A DNA stretch of 64,000 bases from positions 2,548,112 to 2,612,111 of the forward strand of contig NC_057750.1 in assembly GCF_004010195.1 (NCBI RefSeq), in the 5' to 3' direction. Shown piece by piece: positions 11,691 to 23,972 of this stretch. Source of the stretch: Chiloscyllium plagiosum. Lineage: Eukaryota. The notes under the pieces are model-generated. The model was not told the origin of the DNA. It was given only the letters and a program-made list of their open reading frames with translations, and searched no databases. Position numbers and translations under genes: made by a program. The stretch's first letter is position 1. Each line of letters begins with the position of its first letter.

Positions 11691-12939
11691 AAGAGGGAAA
11701 AAAGATGATCCTTGAGCTAAAAAGGGTCAAAGAGTACAGAGAGAAAGTGGGACCAGGGTCCCAGATGATGACCCATTCTTATTTTGACTGACAGAGCAGG
11801 GTCAAAGGGCCGCATGGCCTGCTCCTAGGATTCCATGTGAGGGCAGCAGAGAATGATGAATTGCTCACAGAGAGAGCAGACACTATCACAATGGGCTGAA
11901 TGGCCTTCTGCTGTGACATGCGTCTAGGAGTCTGACAGGAATCGGAATGCAGGGAAACTTCAACTGCGGAAACTGTGCTGGGTTTGTCTTAAAAATTACG
12001 ATCGAGTTAATATTTTTCTGATGGTGTGTGGGGCCCTCTGGTGGACTGCAGATTTAGTTCAATCACCTGCATTTACAGAGTCATTGCAGCACAGGCAAGG
12101 ACATTCAGCCCATCAAGTCTGTGGCGGACCTCCTCTGCAGCATTCCACATCCTGCCCCTCACCCTCTTCCCTGCCCACATCCCTGACATTTCTCCTCAGA
12201 CATTCAGACTGTTTCAAAAACGTCAATAAATTCACAACATAGTCTGAAGCCACTTGGCCCATCCTGCCTGCGTTAGCTGAGAAACAGGCCAACCATCCTA
12301 TCCCTTTTTCCAACACTTGATCCCATTTTCCTGCAAGCTATGGGAATTCAGATGCAGGTCCAGACACCCCTTTTTTCATGAGTTGAGGGTCTCTACCTCT
12401 CCTACCCCCTCAGGTAGTGAAAAGGTTTCCCTCACCTCCTCTCGAACCCTTCCGCCAATGGCTTTACATTTGTGCCCCTGAGAGTCACGGACCTCCACTG
12501 TCTGCCCCAGCCCCTGCCAGTGCCTCTGCGTCTGAGCTATCTCCGCAAGGTAAGTAAAAACAAAACACAAAAACTGAAAAAAAAGAAGGAAATGGGGACA
12601 AAATGGACGAGACCAGGTTAAAGAGGCAACACATTACCTTTTCTCCACGGCTATCTCATGAAGATTGGTGATTCCGAGTGGGACTTTGTCCAGGGCAGAT
12701 GAAAGCGTGGTCCCCATAATGAAAGCCCAGCCCAGATCGACTTAACATAGGGCCACAATGTTCAACATCTAACTTTATTTTTCTGCTTTCTACTAAGAAC
12801 TGTAGTGATGGATTTTTTCCCTTTTTACTTTATTTTTCTACCTTTGTACCTAAGATGGCATTGTGTGTTGAATGACATTTTACACTTTTCAATGTACTCC
12901 TGTACTTGAGTCCACATGACAATCAGCCCTAAATGGGTG

Positions 12940-13216
12940 GCTCGGTGCCTCAGTGGTTAGCAATGCTGCCTCACAGCACCAGAGATCCAGGTTCAATTCC
13001 AGCGTTGGAATTTGCACATTCTCCCTCTGTCTGTGTGAGTTTCCTCTGGTTTCCTCCCACAGTCCAAAGATGTGCAGGTCAGGTGAATTGGCCATGATAC
13101 ATTGCCCACAGTGTTAGGTGCATTAGTCAGAGGGAAGTGGGTTACTCTTCAGAGGGTAGGTGTGGACTTGTTGGGCCGAAGGGTCTATTTCCACACTGTA
13201 GGGGATGTAATCTAAA
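12940..13216 (+). mobile_element. HE1-type V-SINE (internally deleted)
   Basis: cagtggttagcaatgctgcctcacagc...cccacagtccaaagatgtgcaggtcaggtgaattggcc. Confidence 0.8.
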
Positions 13217-13386
13217 TCTCTAGTTAGGTAAATAAGTCCCTCTCGTTGGAATAACTCCACAGAGGCCGGTGTACCACCACTAAGTCACCCTTTACTGACA
13301 CATGAACTGTGCCTGACTGTAGAACATACCAGATGGTCAGTGTCTCTGACACACAACCCTTATTTATCTCCCCGCCCCGTCCCAAC

Positions 13387-13422
13387 ATTCCTGATGAAGG
13401 GCTTTTGCCCGAAACGTCGACT
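13387..13422 (+). ncRNA. Minimal hammerhead ribozyme motif in a Penelope-derived fragment (about 13365-13517)
   Basis: attc-CTGATGA-A-GGGC-TTTT-GCCC-GAAA-CGTC-gact. A similar copy is at 14929-14962. Confidence 0.7.
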
Positions 13423-13564
13423 CTCCTGCCCCTCAGATGCTGCCTGACCTGCTGTGCTTTTCCGTCACTGCCCTTTTTGACTCTGACTCTCCAGCATCTG
13501 CAGTCCTCACTTTCTCCTTTCTTTCAGAACCTCTGACCCTCCTGTTTATCTTCCCCCCCCCACC

Positions 13565-14256
13565 CACACACTAATGCCTAACTGCGGTAATGCTTATTTT
13601 TCCCCCACACCTATGTTTGTGTGTGTGTGCAGGTGAGAGACACAAGGTGCACGAATCTTTATTCAGTTTCCACCACCAGGAAGAAAAGAAGCCAAGTGGC
13701 CAGTGACAAGCAGTGCCCTTCACATCAAAGGGCAGTGCTGTGTGATCAAACAGTGAAGGGGAGGCAGGAATTAAATCAAAATAGAGTTGGAGGGGGAAAT
13801 GATGCACTCCACTCCCCGCGGTGCCCACCTCTCCCTGAACAACTCCAGGGTGTTGGTGGACACCGCATGCTCCTTCTCCAAGGACACCCGGGCCCTAACG
13901 TAACCGCGGAAGAGGGGCAGGCAGTCGGCCCTAACGACCCCCTCCACGGCCCGCTGCCTCGACCTGTTGATGGCCAGTTTGGCCAGGACTTTCTCCTTTT
14001 TTTTTATTTTTTTTTTCCCAGGAAGATAGGCAAACACCCGATTGGCCAGTGACATCTTCTGTTTATATATTTTTTTCTTTTCTTTTTATTTCTTTTTCTT
14101 TTAAATTTAACTCCCACACTACCACCTAAGTGCGGTAGTGCTTATTTTTTCCCCAGCACCCATGGTGTGTGTGTGCAGGTGTGAGACACAGTGAAAGACA
14201 CAAAGTGCACGAATCTTTATTCAAATTCCACCACCAGGAAGATAGGAAAACACCCG
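13565..14256 (-). mobile_element. Tx1/L1-clade non-LTR retrotransposon 3' end, with a second 3' UTR copy in tandem
   Basis: ORF 13771-14055 LAKLAINRSRQRAVEGVVRADCLPLFRGYVRARVSLEKEHAVSTNTLELFRERWAP resembles Tx1-type ORF2 C-termini. 14110-14256 duplicates 13565-13710. Another copy is at 48546-48780 (+). Confidence 0.65.
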
Positions 14257-14856
14257 NNNNNNNNNNNNNNNNNNNNNNNNNNNNNNNNNNNNNNNNNNNN
14301 NNNNNNNNNNNNNNNNNNNNNNNNNNNNNNNNNNNNNNNNNNNNNNNNNNNNNNNNNNNNNNNNNNNNNNNNNNNNNNNNNNNNNNNNNNNNNNNNNNNN
14401 NNNNNNNNNNNNNNNNNNNNNNNNNNNNNNNNNNNNNNNNNNNNNNNNNNNNNNNNNNNNNNNNNNNNNNNNNNNNNNNNNNNNNNNNNNNNNNNNNNNN
14501 NNNNNNNNNNNNNNNNNNNNNNNNNNNNNNNNNNNNNNNNNNNNNNNNNNNNNNNNNNNNNNNNNNNNNNNNNNNNNNNNNNNNNNNNNNNNNNNNNNNN
14601 NNNNNNNNNNNNNNNNNNNNNNNNNNNNNNNNNNNNNNNNNNNNNNNNNNNNNNNNNNNNNNNNNNNNNNNNNNNNNNNNNNNNNNNNNNNNNNNNNNNN
14701 NNNNNNNNNNNNNNNNNNNNNNNNNNNNNNNNNNNNNNNNNNNNNNNNNNNNNNNNNNNNNNNNNNNNNNNNNNNNNNNNNNNNNNNNNNNNNNNNNNNN
14801 NNNNNNNNNNNNNNNNNNNNNNNNNNNNNNNNNNNNNNNNNNNNNNNNNNNNNNNN
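14257..14856. other. Assembly gap (600 N)
   Basis: Run of N. Confidence 1.
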
Positions 14857-15862
14857 CTCTATGCTACTTTCTCCCCACCCCCACCCTCCTCTAGCTTATC
14901 TCTCCATGCTTCAGGCTGTCTGCCTGTGTTCCTGATGAAGGGCTTTTGCCCGAAACGTCAATTTCGCTGCTCCTTGGATGCTGCCTGAACTGCTGTGCCC
15001 TACCTGATTAGTAAAGTTGCAGACGACATGAAAGTTGGTGGAGTTGTGGATGTTGAGGAAGTTTGCCAAAAGATACAGCAGGATGCAGATCAGTTGAAAA
15101 GTTGGGCAGAGAAATGGCAAATGAAGTTTAATCCAGACAACTGGCAACTTAGATATACAGAGAGATCTTGGGATACAAAGTCCACAGTTCCCTGAAAGTA
15201 GCAACCCAAGTGGATAAGCTGATAACCCTGCATGTTTCCCTTCATCGTTCAGGGCACTGAATATAAACATTGGCAAGTCATGTTGCAGCTAAAACTTTAG
15301 TCAGGCTGCATTTGGAGTATTGTGTGTCGTTCTGGTCACCACATTCCAGGAAGGATGTAGAGGCTTTGGAGATGGAGTAAAAGATGTTTACCAGGATTAG
15401 ATTGTATTTGCTATGATTTTCCTGACAATGGTCATCATTAGACTCTTAATTCCAGATTTTTATTGCATTCAAATTCCACTATCTGCTATGGTAGGATTTG
15501 AACCTCAATCCCTAGAAACATTAGTTTGTTCTCTGGATTAATAATCCAGTGAAAATACCACAAGACAGTCAGTTCCCCACCTTGACTGAGAAAGACAAGT
15601 GTCCCATAGACCTTCTCAACCACCCTCCTATCCTGGCAAACACTCTTAAGATCCCTCTGTTCCTCTGAGGTTCCTAGTATCTGACCATTCATTGAGTACT
15701 GCCTTGTCTCGTTCCTTCTTCCAATGTGTATCGCCTCACATAAATTCCATCTGCTGCTGATCTGCCCATCTGATCCATTCCTATCATCCTGTAATCTAAC
15801 ACCTTCCACCTCACTGTCCACCACCATGCTAATCTTTGTGTCATCCACAATCTTACTTATCA

Positions 15863-16742
15863 TTTTGTCATTTACATAAATGATTTGGATGCGAGCATAA
15901 GAGGTACAGTTAGTAAGTTTGCAGATGACACCAAAACTTGAGGTGTAGTGGACAGCGAAGAGGGTTACCTCAGATTACAACAGGATCTGGACCAGATGGG
16001 CCAATGGGCTGAGAAGTGGCAGATGGAGTTTAATTCAGATAAATGTGAGGTGCTGCATTTTGGGAAAGCAAATCTTAGCAGGACTTCTACATTTAATGGT
16101 AAGGTCCAAGGGAGTGTTGCTGAACAAAGAGACCTTGGAGTGTAGGTTCATAGCTCCTTGAAGGTACAGTTGCAGGTAGATAGGATAGTGAAGAAGGCGT
16201 TTGGTATGCTTTCCTTTATTGGTCAGAGTATTGAGTACAGGAGTTGGGAGGTCATGTTGCAGCTGTACAGGACATTGGTTAGGCCACTGTTGGAGTATTC
16301 TGGTCTCCTTCCTATCGGAAAGATGTTGTGAAACTTGAAAGGGTTCAGAAAAGATTTANNNNNNNNNNNNNNNNNNNNNNNNNNNNNNNNNNNNNNNNNN
16401 NNNNNNNNNNNNNNNNNNNNNNNNNNNNNNNNNNNNNNNNNNNNNNNNNNNNNNNNNNNGGGTTGGGGAGTCCAGAACTAGAGGGCATAGGTTTAGGGTG
16501 AGAGGGGAAAGATATAAAAAGAGATCTACGGGGCAATTTTTTTACACAGAGAGTGGTATGTGTTTGGAATGAGCTGCCAGAGGAAGTGGTGGAGGCTGGT
16601 ACAATTGCTATGAATAGGAAGGGTTTGGAGGGATATGGGCCGGGTGCTGGCAGGTGGGACGAGATTGGGTTGTAACATCTGGTCAGCATGGATGGGTTGG
16701 ACTGAGGGGTCTGTTTCCATGCTGTATATCTCTATGACTCTA
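15863..16742 (+). mobile_element. CR1/HER1 LINE RT to 3' end (contains a 101-N gap at 16359-16459)
   Basis: DSEEGYLRLQQDLDQMGQWAEKWQMEFNSDKCEVLHFG and a CR1 3' tail. Nearly identical to 2273-2392. Confidence 0.9.
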
Positions 16743-17799
16743 TCCCTCCCTGATGTTTTCTAGTCAACCTGTTCCAAGATGTTATGACACACCTCTGGAG
16801 CAGGTGGGACTTGAACTCGGGCCTCCTGACCCAGAGATAGGGATGCTACCACTGCACCAAAAGACGGTCCTTGTTAGGTTTCTGACTCCTTCCAGCTGCC
16901 TCAATTCCACGTTCCTTCATACTCGCTCAAACAAACACCTGGCTATCTCACATTTGAATTATGAATTGACCCTCAAGCAGACACTTTTTCTATTGGGAGA
17001 GGGATTTCCCCACATCCATCACACTTTGTGTGGTAAAGTGTTTCCTTAATGTCCCTCCCGAACAGGTCTGATTTTATACTAATGCCCCCTTGTCCTGGAT
17101 TCCCTGTCGACTCTGTCAATTCCCTTCAAAATCAAACCCTCCCTTGACCGATTGTAGGGAATCCAAGCTTAGTCTTTGTAATCCATCCTCTTAATCTGAA
17201 TTTTGTAGGCCTGGGACCATTCCATCAAACTGTGCTGTGCTTTCTACAGACCATCTGTCTTTTCAAAATGTCAAAATTAACTCAATGGTTAGACATGATC
17301 AATTCGGGGCCTTGTACAGCTAGAGTATAGCTCCTTGCTCTTTGCAATCTCACTGTCCAGCCGTAAAGATTCCATTGTAGTCTTCTTGTATTTTTTTTCT
17401 CATTGTCCCTGATCATGTTATTTTTGTGGATTGTGGACACAGTTTGCGAAATCTGTTGCAGATTTACAGGACATTGGTGAGGCCACTTTTGTAATGCTGC
17501 ACTCAATCCTGCTCTCCCTGCTGTCGGAAGGATGTTGTGAAACTTGAAAGGGTTCAGAAAAGATTTACAAGGATGTTGTCAGGATTGGAGGATTTGAGCT
17601 ACAGGGAGAGGCTGAACAAGTTGGGGCTGTTTTCCCTGGTGCGTTGGAGGCTGAGGGGTGACTTTATAGAGGTTTATAAGATCATGAGAGGAAGGGATAT
17701 GGGGTAAATAGTGAAGGTATTTCCCCAGGGTAGGGAAGTCCAAAACTAGTTTAGGGTGAGAGGGAAAAGATTTAAAAGTGATCTGAGGGGCAACATTGA

Positions 17800-18123
17800 C
17801 CTGCAATGTCCAATGACCTGCATATCCTCGGTGGAGTGGGAGGGGGAGTTGAAATGCTGTGCTACAGGTTGGTTGGGTTGGTTCGTCCGGGTGGCCCAGA
17901 GGTGCTCTCTGAATCGCTCCGCAAGTAGGCGGCCTGTCTCCCCAATATAGAGGAGGCCACACCGGCTGCAGCGGATGCAGTAGATGATGTGGGTGGAGGT
18001 GCAGGTGAATCTGTGGCGGATATTCATTGGTCCCTTGGGGCCTTGGAGAGAAGTGAGGGGGGAGGTGTGGGCGCAAGTGTTGCACCTCCTGCGGGGGCAA
18101 GGGAAGGTGCCGGGAGTGGAGGT
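17800..18123 (-). mobile_element. Penelope-like element fragment (GIY-YIG endonuclease) within a CR1 3' end (about 17460-18260, +)
   Basis: FTCTSTHIIYCIRCSRCGLLYIGETGRLLAERFREH..PVAQHFNSPSHS is the canonical Penelope GIY-YIG (IY...YIG) motif. Confidence 0.9.
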
Positions 18124-19134
18124 AGGGAATAGGAAGGGTTTAGAGGGATATGGGCCAGGTGCTGGAAAGTGGGACTAGATTAGGTTAGAATATCTGGTTG
18201 GCATGGATGGGTTGGACTGAAGGGTCTGATTCTGTGCTGTACAACTCTATGTCTCTATGCCTCGAGCAGTAATACTCTTCTAATCTTCTCTAGATCAGCA
18301 GTGATGCCAGAAGATTGGAAAATTGCAAATTTAACACCATTGTTCAAAAATGGTTGCCCAGGTTGGCCCAGTAATTACAATCTAACAGGTCAGCAGCAAC
18401 ATCGATACAAAATTGACTGAGTGATCGGAAACAGAGAGAAATGGTTCATGGATATTTTCAGGGTAGAGGAGTATTTGTGGTGAGGTTCCCTAGGGATCGG
18501 TTTTGGGATCCCCACTTTTCATGATACAGTATATGTTAATGATCTAGATCACAGTGTGCAGGAGACAATTCACAGGATGCTACAAAACCGGGAAACACAG
18601 CCTCCTGTGAGGAGAACAGTATAAACCTACAAAAGGACATAAACAAGTTGGTGGAGTGGGCAGATAGGTGACAGACGAAATTCAACGCTGAGAGGTGTGA
18701 GGTGGAAAAAGCATGGAGACACAGTGTAAACTAAAGGCACCGAAATAACATGTAGAAGCTGGGAGACCTGGATGTATGTGTGAATTGAAGGTGGAGTGAG
18801 TAGCTTTTGTTTTCATTTACTCATGGGACGTAGGCATCGCTGGCTGGGCCAGCTTTTATTGCCTATCCCCAGTTGCCCTTGACAAGGTGGTGATGAGCTG
18901 CATTCTCAAACCATTGTAATCTATGTGCCCTACTAGACCCACAATGTTCTTAGGGAGGGAGTTCCAGGAATTAGACCCAGCGACAGTGAAGGAACGGTGA
19001 TATATTTCCAAGTCAGAATGGTGAGTGCCTTGGAGGGGAACTTGCAGGGGGTGCTGTTCTCATCTATCTGTTGCCCTTGTCCTTCTGTGTGGAAATTGTT
19101 GTGGGTTTGGAAGGTGCTGTCTGAGGATCTTTGA

Positions 19135-19459
19135 TTAGATTAGATTCCCTACAGTATAGAAACAGGCCCTTCAGCCCAACAAGTCCCCACCACCCCTCCG
19201 AAGAATAACCCACCCAGACCCATTCCCATACCCTATATTTACCCCTGACTAATGCACCTAACCTATGGGCAATTTAGCACAGCCAATTCACCCGACCTGC
19301 ACATCTTTGGATTGTGGGAGGAAACTGGAGCACCCAGAGGAAACCCACGCAGACACGGGAAGAACGTGCAAAATCCACACAATCACGCGAGGCTGGGATC
19401 GAACCCAGGTCCCTGCTGTTGTGAGGCAGCAGTGCTAACCACTGAGCCATCGTGCCGCC
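19135..19459 (-). mobile_element. HE1-type V-SINE
   Basis: Full-length reverse-complement HE1 including the (ctaat)n tail. Confidence 0.85.
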
Positions 19460-19663
19460 CATACGGGATGAATGAAGGGAGTGGATGCCTGCAGATGTGA
19501 TGCCAATCAAGTGGGTTGCTTTGGCCTGGATGGTGTCAAGTTTCTTGAGTGCTGTTGGAGCTGCATTTATCATACAGTATCTGAACATTTATTAGTTAGG
19601 GTACTGAGTATGGAACAAGGAGATTATACTGAACTTGTACAAAACTTCCAAAAAGGTTGTCAT

Positions 19664-22396
19664 GATTTGGAGGAGCTGGTGTTGGACTGGGGCGGACAAA
19701 CTTAAAACTCACAGGACACGAGAATATAATCCAACAGGTTTATTTGGAAGCACTAGTTTTCAGAGAGCTGTTCCTTCATCAGGTGGTTGTGGAGTATAAG
19801 ATCATAAGACACAGAATTTATAGCAGAAGTTTACAGTGTGATGCCACTGAAGTTATATACTAAAAAAGACCTGGATTGATGGTTAAGTCTCTCATCTTTT
19901 AGAATGACCATGTTGGTTTCAGTTCTTTCATATGTAAATCCTAGAACTTTTTTTAGAAGTTACATTCTCAAATGAACTTTAACAGTAGGTGCCATGTCAG
20001 CCCAAATTGAAGGTGTGAGGTGCCCTGTGTGAGGCTGTCTGTCCCCAATGTTCAGAGTGATTCTATTTTTAAAAAAGGGATTTACAGAATCTTACATGGA
20101 TTTAAGCAGCTTTTGAGCAAAATAAAAATGGAGATCTTCAAAATCACCCCACAAACTTGTGTGTGGGGGTGATGGGGGGGTATGAGTATCTGTGAGATAG
20201 CTTGTGTATGTGTATATTTGTGAGTGTAAGTGTCAAGGGATATAAGTCTGTGAGAGGGTGTATGTGTGGGTATGAGTGTGGGGTTGGGTGTATGTGTGAG
20301 CGTATGAGAGAGAGCTTGTGTATGAGAGAGGGTCTGCATGAGTGTATAGGTCTGTAGGAGTCTGTGTGCATGCATGTGCGTGCACTTGTGTGTGTGTGAG
20401 AAAGAGTGAGAGAGAGAGAGTGTGTATCACACAGTGGGGTCAGCTGTAGTGTGACATGAACGCAACGTCCCAGATGAGGCCATCCCCATGAGCCTCTGTT
20501 TGGTTGTTGCCTGTCCCACAGTCCACCTTGGAGGATGGACACCGAAGGTCAGAGGTCAAGTGTCCCGGACCGCTTAAGTGTTCCCCGACTGGGAGGGAAA
20601 TCTCCTGTTTGGTGATTGTTTGATTGTTGTGCAGTGTCCATTCATCTGTTGCCATAGCCTCTGCTTGGTCTCGCCAATGTACCATGCCTCAGGGCATCCT
20701 TGCCTGCAGCGTATGAGATAGACAACATTAGCTGAGTCACATGAATACCTGCCGCATACATGGTGGGAGGTGGTATCTATGTCGACACTCTGTCACGTCT
20801 TGTGGCATCCACCATGACAGGTCAGATGGTGTTGTCCTGAAGACTGGGCAGTTTGCTGCGAACAATGACCTGTTTGAGGTTTGGTGGTTGTTTAAAGGCG
20901 AGAAGTGGAGATGTGGGGAAGGTCTTGGCGAGGTGCTCATCCTTATCGATAATGTGTTGCAGGTCACGAAGAACATGGTGTAGTTTTTCAGCTCCTGGGA
21001 AGGACTGGACAATGAAGGGTACCCTGTCGATTACATCTCCTGTCTGTCTCTTCAGGAGGTCATTAGGGTTTCTCGCTGTGGCACATCGGAACTGGCGGTT
21101 GATGAGTTAAGCATCGTACCCCGTTCTTATGAGGACATCCTTGAGTATTTCCAAGTGCCTGTCGCGTTCCTCCTCAACTGAACAGTGAGGTGCTGAGGTG
21201 TGCCTCCTTGATGGAGATGCGTGTGTCCAAGAATGATACTAGAAAGTAGTCCATGGTGGGATGAAACTCGCTGCTATCATTTGCAGTTCTTTCAGTGACT
21301 CCTTGCCATGGGTCCAGACGAAGAAAATTTCGTTAATATACCTGGTCTATGGTGTTGTTTGGGGGTCCTGTGTAGAGAAGTCTTATTCGAACCTTTGCAT
21401 GAAAATGTTGGCACATTGTGGTGCAGATTTTGTCCCCATGGCTGTTCCGTGTGTCTGGATGAAGAACTGGTTGTCAAAGGTGAAAATGTTGTAGTCGAGG
21501 ATGAAACAGATGAATTGTAGGATGGTGCTTGGAAATTGGCAGTAGTTGGTATTGAGTACTGAGCTGAAAATGTGTTGCTGGAAAAGCGCAGCAGGTCAGG
21601 CAGCATCCAGGGAACAGGAGAATCGACGTTTCGGGCACAAGCCCTTCTTCAGGAATGAGGAAAGTTTGTCCAGCAGGCTAAGATAAAAGGTAGGGAGGAG
21701 GGACTTGGGGGAGGGGCGTCGGAAATGTGATAGGTGGAAAGAGGTCAAGGTGAGGGTGAGATGAGGCGCTCTTCCTCCAACCGTCGTTTTGTTGTGGTCT
21801 GGCGATGGAGGAGTCCAAAGACCTGGGAACAGGAGAATCGACGTTTCGGGCACAAGCCCTTCTTCAGGAATGAGGAAAGGAACAGGAGAATTGAGTACTG
21901 AGGCTGTTGCCACAATACCATCGTCATGGGGGATGCTGGCGTAAAGTACTGAAACGTCCATTGTGACAAGGAATGTTCCCGGTTCAACTGGTCTGTGGGT
22001 GCTGAGTTTCTGTAAGAAATCTGTAGCGTCACGACAGAAGCTGGGGGTCCCTTGTACAGTGGGTTTCAAGATCCCCTTGACATAGCCAGAGAGGTTCTCA
22101 CACAGGTGAGAACCCTGGTGTGTTGGTTTTGTGTATCTTCGGAAGGCGGTACATATTGAAATTTACATATGAAAGAACTGAAACCAAAATCGTCATTCTA
22201 AAAGATGAGAGACTTAACAAATAATCCAGATCATTTTTAATATATAATTTCAGTTGCATCACACTGTAATATTTTGCTATAAACTGTGTCTTATGATCTC
22301 ATACTCCACAACCACCTGATGAAGGAGCAGCGCTCTGAAAGCCAGTGCTTCCAAATAACCTTTTGGACTATAACCTGGTGTTGTGTGATTTTTAAC
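19664..22396 (-). mobile_element. Penelope-like retroelement (RT + GIY-YIG, decayed) bounded by about 240-bp inverted repeats
   Basis: Minus strand: TPSFCRDATDFLQKLS..FLVTMDVSVLYASIPH (RT), RYINEIFFVWTHG (decayed YIDD), NVVYLIRCRQGCPEAWYIGETKQ (GIY-YIG). 19702-19939 is the reverse complement of 22161-22396. Confidence 0.9.
21564..21889 (-). mobile_element. Nested Penelope-derived insertion with two tandem hammerhead motifs and 13-bp TSD
   Basis: attgagtactgag at 21551-21563 and 21890-21902. Identical HHR motifs at 21621-21656 and 21836-21871. Confidence 0.8.
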
Positions 22397-22949
22397 CAAA
22401 AAGAAGGGTTAGTGGACTTGAAGCGTTAACTCTGTTTCTCTTGTCACAGATGTTACCAGATCTCCTGAGATTTTCTAGCACTTTGTTTTTATCTCAGCTC
22501 TGCAACATCTGCAGTAATTTGCTTTTATTTAAGATACTTAAATAGACCTCAGTTGGAATACTGTGCACCGTTCTAGGCACCACATTTTAGGAACAAAGCA
22601 AACTTATTGGAGGTAGCGCAGGAGAAGTTTATAAGAATTTTAAAATTAATCAATGAGATGTGGGCATTGCTAGCTACTTCAAACTTATTGCTCATCCCTA
22701 ATGACCCAGGAGGCAGTTAAGAGCCAATCACATTGCTGTGGATCTGGAGTCACATGTAAGTCAGACCAGGTAAGAATTTCCTTCCCTCTAAAACATTTTG
22801 GTGAATCAAATGGGTTCTTAGAGCAATTTTGCAGATGCTGGAATGTGAACTGAAAGCAAACAATGCTGGAGATTGCAGCAGGTCAGTGAACATCCATGAG
22901 AGTGTGCCCACTCAGATGGGCTGAGTGGCCTGTGTGACAGTAATCAGGG

Positions 22950-23290
22950 AGCCCTCCCTGCCAAGGAGAGGCACGTGATCTCGATGCTTTGTCCTCACCG
23001 CGCAGGGTGCGCGCGTTGTGATGACGTCACCGCGCAGGGAGCGCATGTTCCCAAACGTCAGCTCGCAAGGTGCACGGGTTCCGGCGACGTGTTCGGTGGA
23101 GTGCGCGCGTTCAAAGCCGGAGTGAGCGCCATGGTGGAGAAGGAAGAAGCGGTGATCAGTGAGGAGGAGGCCGCTCAGTATGACCGCCAGATCCGCCTCT
23201 GGGGCCTCGACGCCCAGAAACGGTAACCGCTGAGGCCATCCCCACCCTCCACTCCGCACGGAGGCCGGGCAGAGGATCAGTGTCCCCGGG
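22950..23290 (+). promoter_or_regulatory. SAE1: SAE1 CpG-rich promoter/first-exon region
   Basis: CpG-dense island. E-box CACGTG at 22972-22977, full CRE TGACGTCA at 23022-23029, GC-rich tgcgcgcg/gcgcatg (NRF1-like) motifs, Kozak gcgccATGG at 23131. Confidence 0.75.
23131..23222 (+). CDS. SAE1: SUMO-activating enzyme subunit 1, coding exon 1
   Basis: MVEKEEAVISEEEAAQYDRQIRLWGLDAQK(R) matches the vertebrate SAE1 N-terminus. Donor CG|gtaacc, phase 2. Confidence 0.97.
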
Positions 23291-23380
23291 TAACGGCTAT
23301 CAACAGACAGGGCAATTAAAGGGGCAGGCACCTTGGGATTTGCCAAATTTATATTGGAAATTAAAGGGGAAGTGTGCCTG

Positions 23381-23588
23381 ACTTTATATTGGACATTAAA
23401 GGGGCAGGGACCTTGGGGGAAGTGTGCCTCACTTTATATTGGACATTAAAGGGGCAGGGACCTTGGGGGAAGTGTGCCTGACTTTATATTGGACATTAAA
23501 GGGGCAGGGACCTTGGGGGAAGTGTGTCTGACTTTATATTGGACATTAAAGGGGCAGGGACCTTGGGGGAAGTGTGCCTGACTTTATT
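23381..23588. repeat. 50-bp minisatellite, 4 near-perfect copies, in SAE1 intron 1
   Basis: Unit actttatattggacattaaaggggcagggaccttgggggaagtgtgcctg at 23381, 23431, 23481 and 23531. Degenerate units at about 23313-23380 and 24041-24077. Confidence 0.97.
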
Positions 23589-23664
23589 TTTAAAAAACTT
23601 ATGGATGCTGGATATCAGAAACACAGCCAAACTTTTCAGAAGGGTCACTGGACTTGAACCATTG

Positions 23665-23972
23665 GTGGGTCAGTGGTTAGCACTGCTGCTTCAAAGTGCC
23701 AGGGACCTGGGTTCGATCCCACACTTGGGTGACTGTCTGTGTGGAGTTTGCACATTCTCCCCGTGTCTGTGGTTTCCTCCGGGATGTGCGAGTTAGGTAG
23801 ATTGGCCACGCTAAGTTGTCCATTCTGTCCAGGGACGTGTAGGTTAGGTGCATTACCATGGGAAATGCAGGGTTACAGCGATGGGATAGGATTAATGGGT
23901 CTGGGTGGAATGCTGTATGCAGGGTCAGTGTGGGCTTGTTGGGTCAAATGGCTGCACTGTAGGGATTCTATG
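23665..23972 (+). mobile_element. HE1-type V-SINE
   Basis: cagtggttagcactgctgc...gggttcgatccc...tgtggagtttgcacattctccccgtgtc. Confidence 0.8.

Noticed and set aside
12480..12556. Consensus splice donor AAG|gtaagt upstream of SAE1
   Set aside because: No convincing acceptor or recognisable coding frame, and it sits among repeat fragments.
14169..14988. Long ORFs spanning N runs (also 2382-2861, 38023-38884)
   Set aside because: Artefacts of translating assembly gaps.
22975..23130. N-terminal extension of SAE1 suggested by ORF 22975-23226
   Set aside because: The ORF starts at a non-ATG codon in promoter sequence. Homology and Kozak context begin at ATG 23131.
23381..23588. Regular repeat array that might be taken for CRISPR
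   Set aside because: Head-to-tail 50-bp units with no unique spacers, inside a vertebrate intron. It is a minisatellite.
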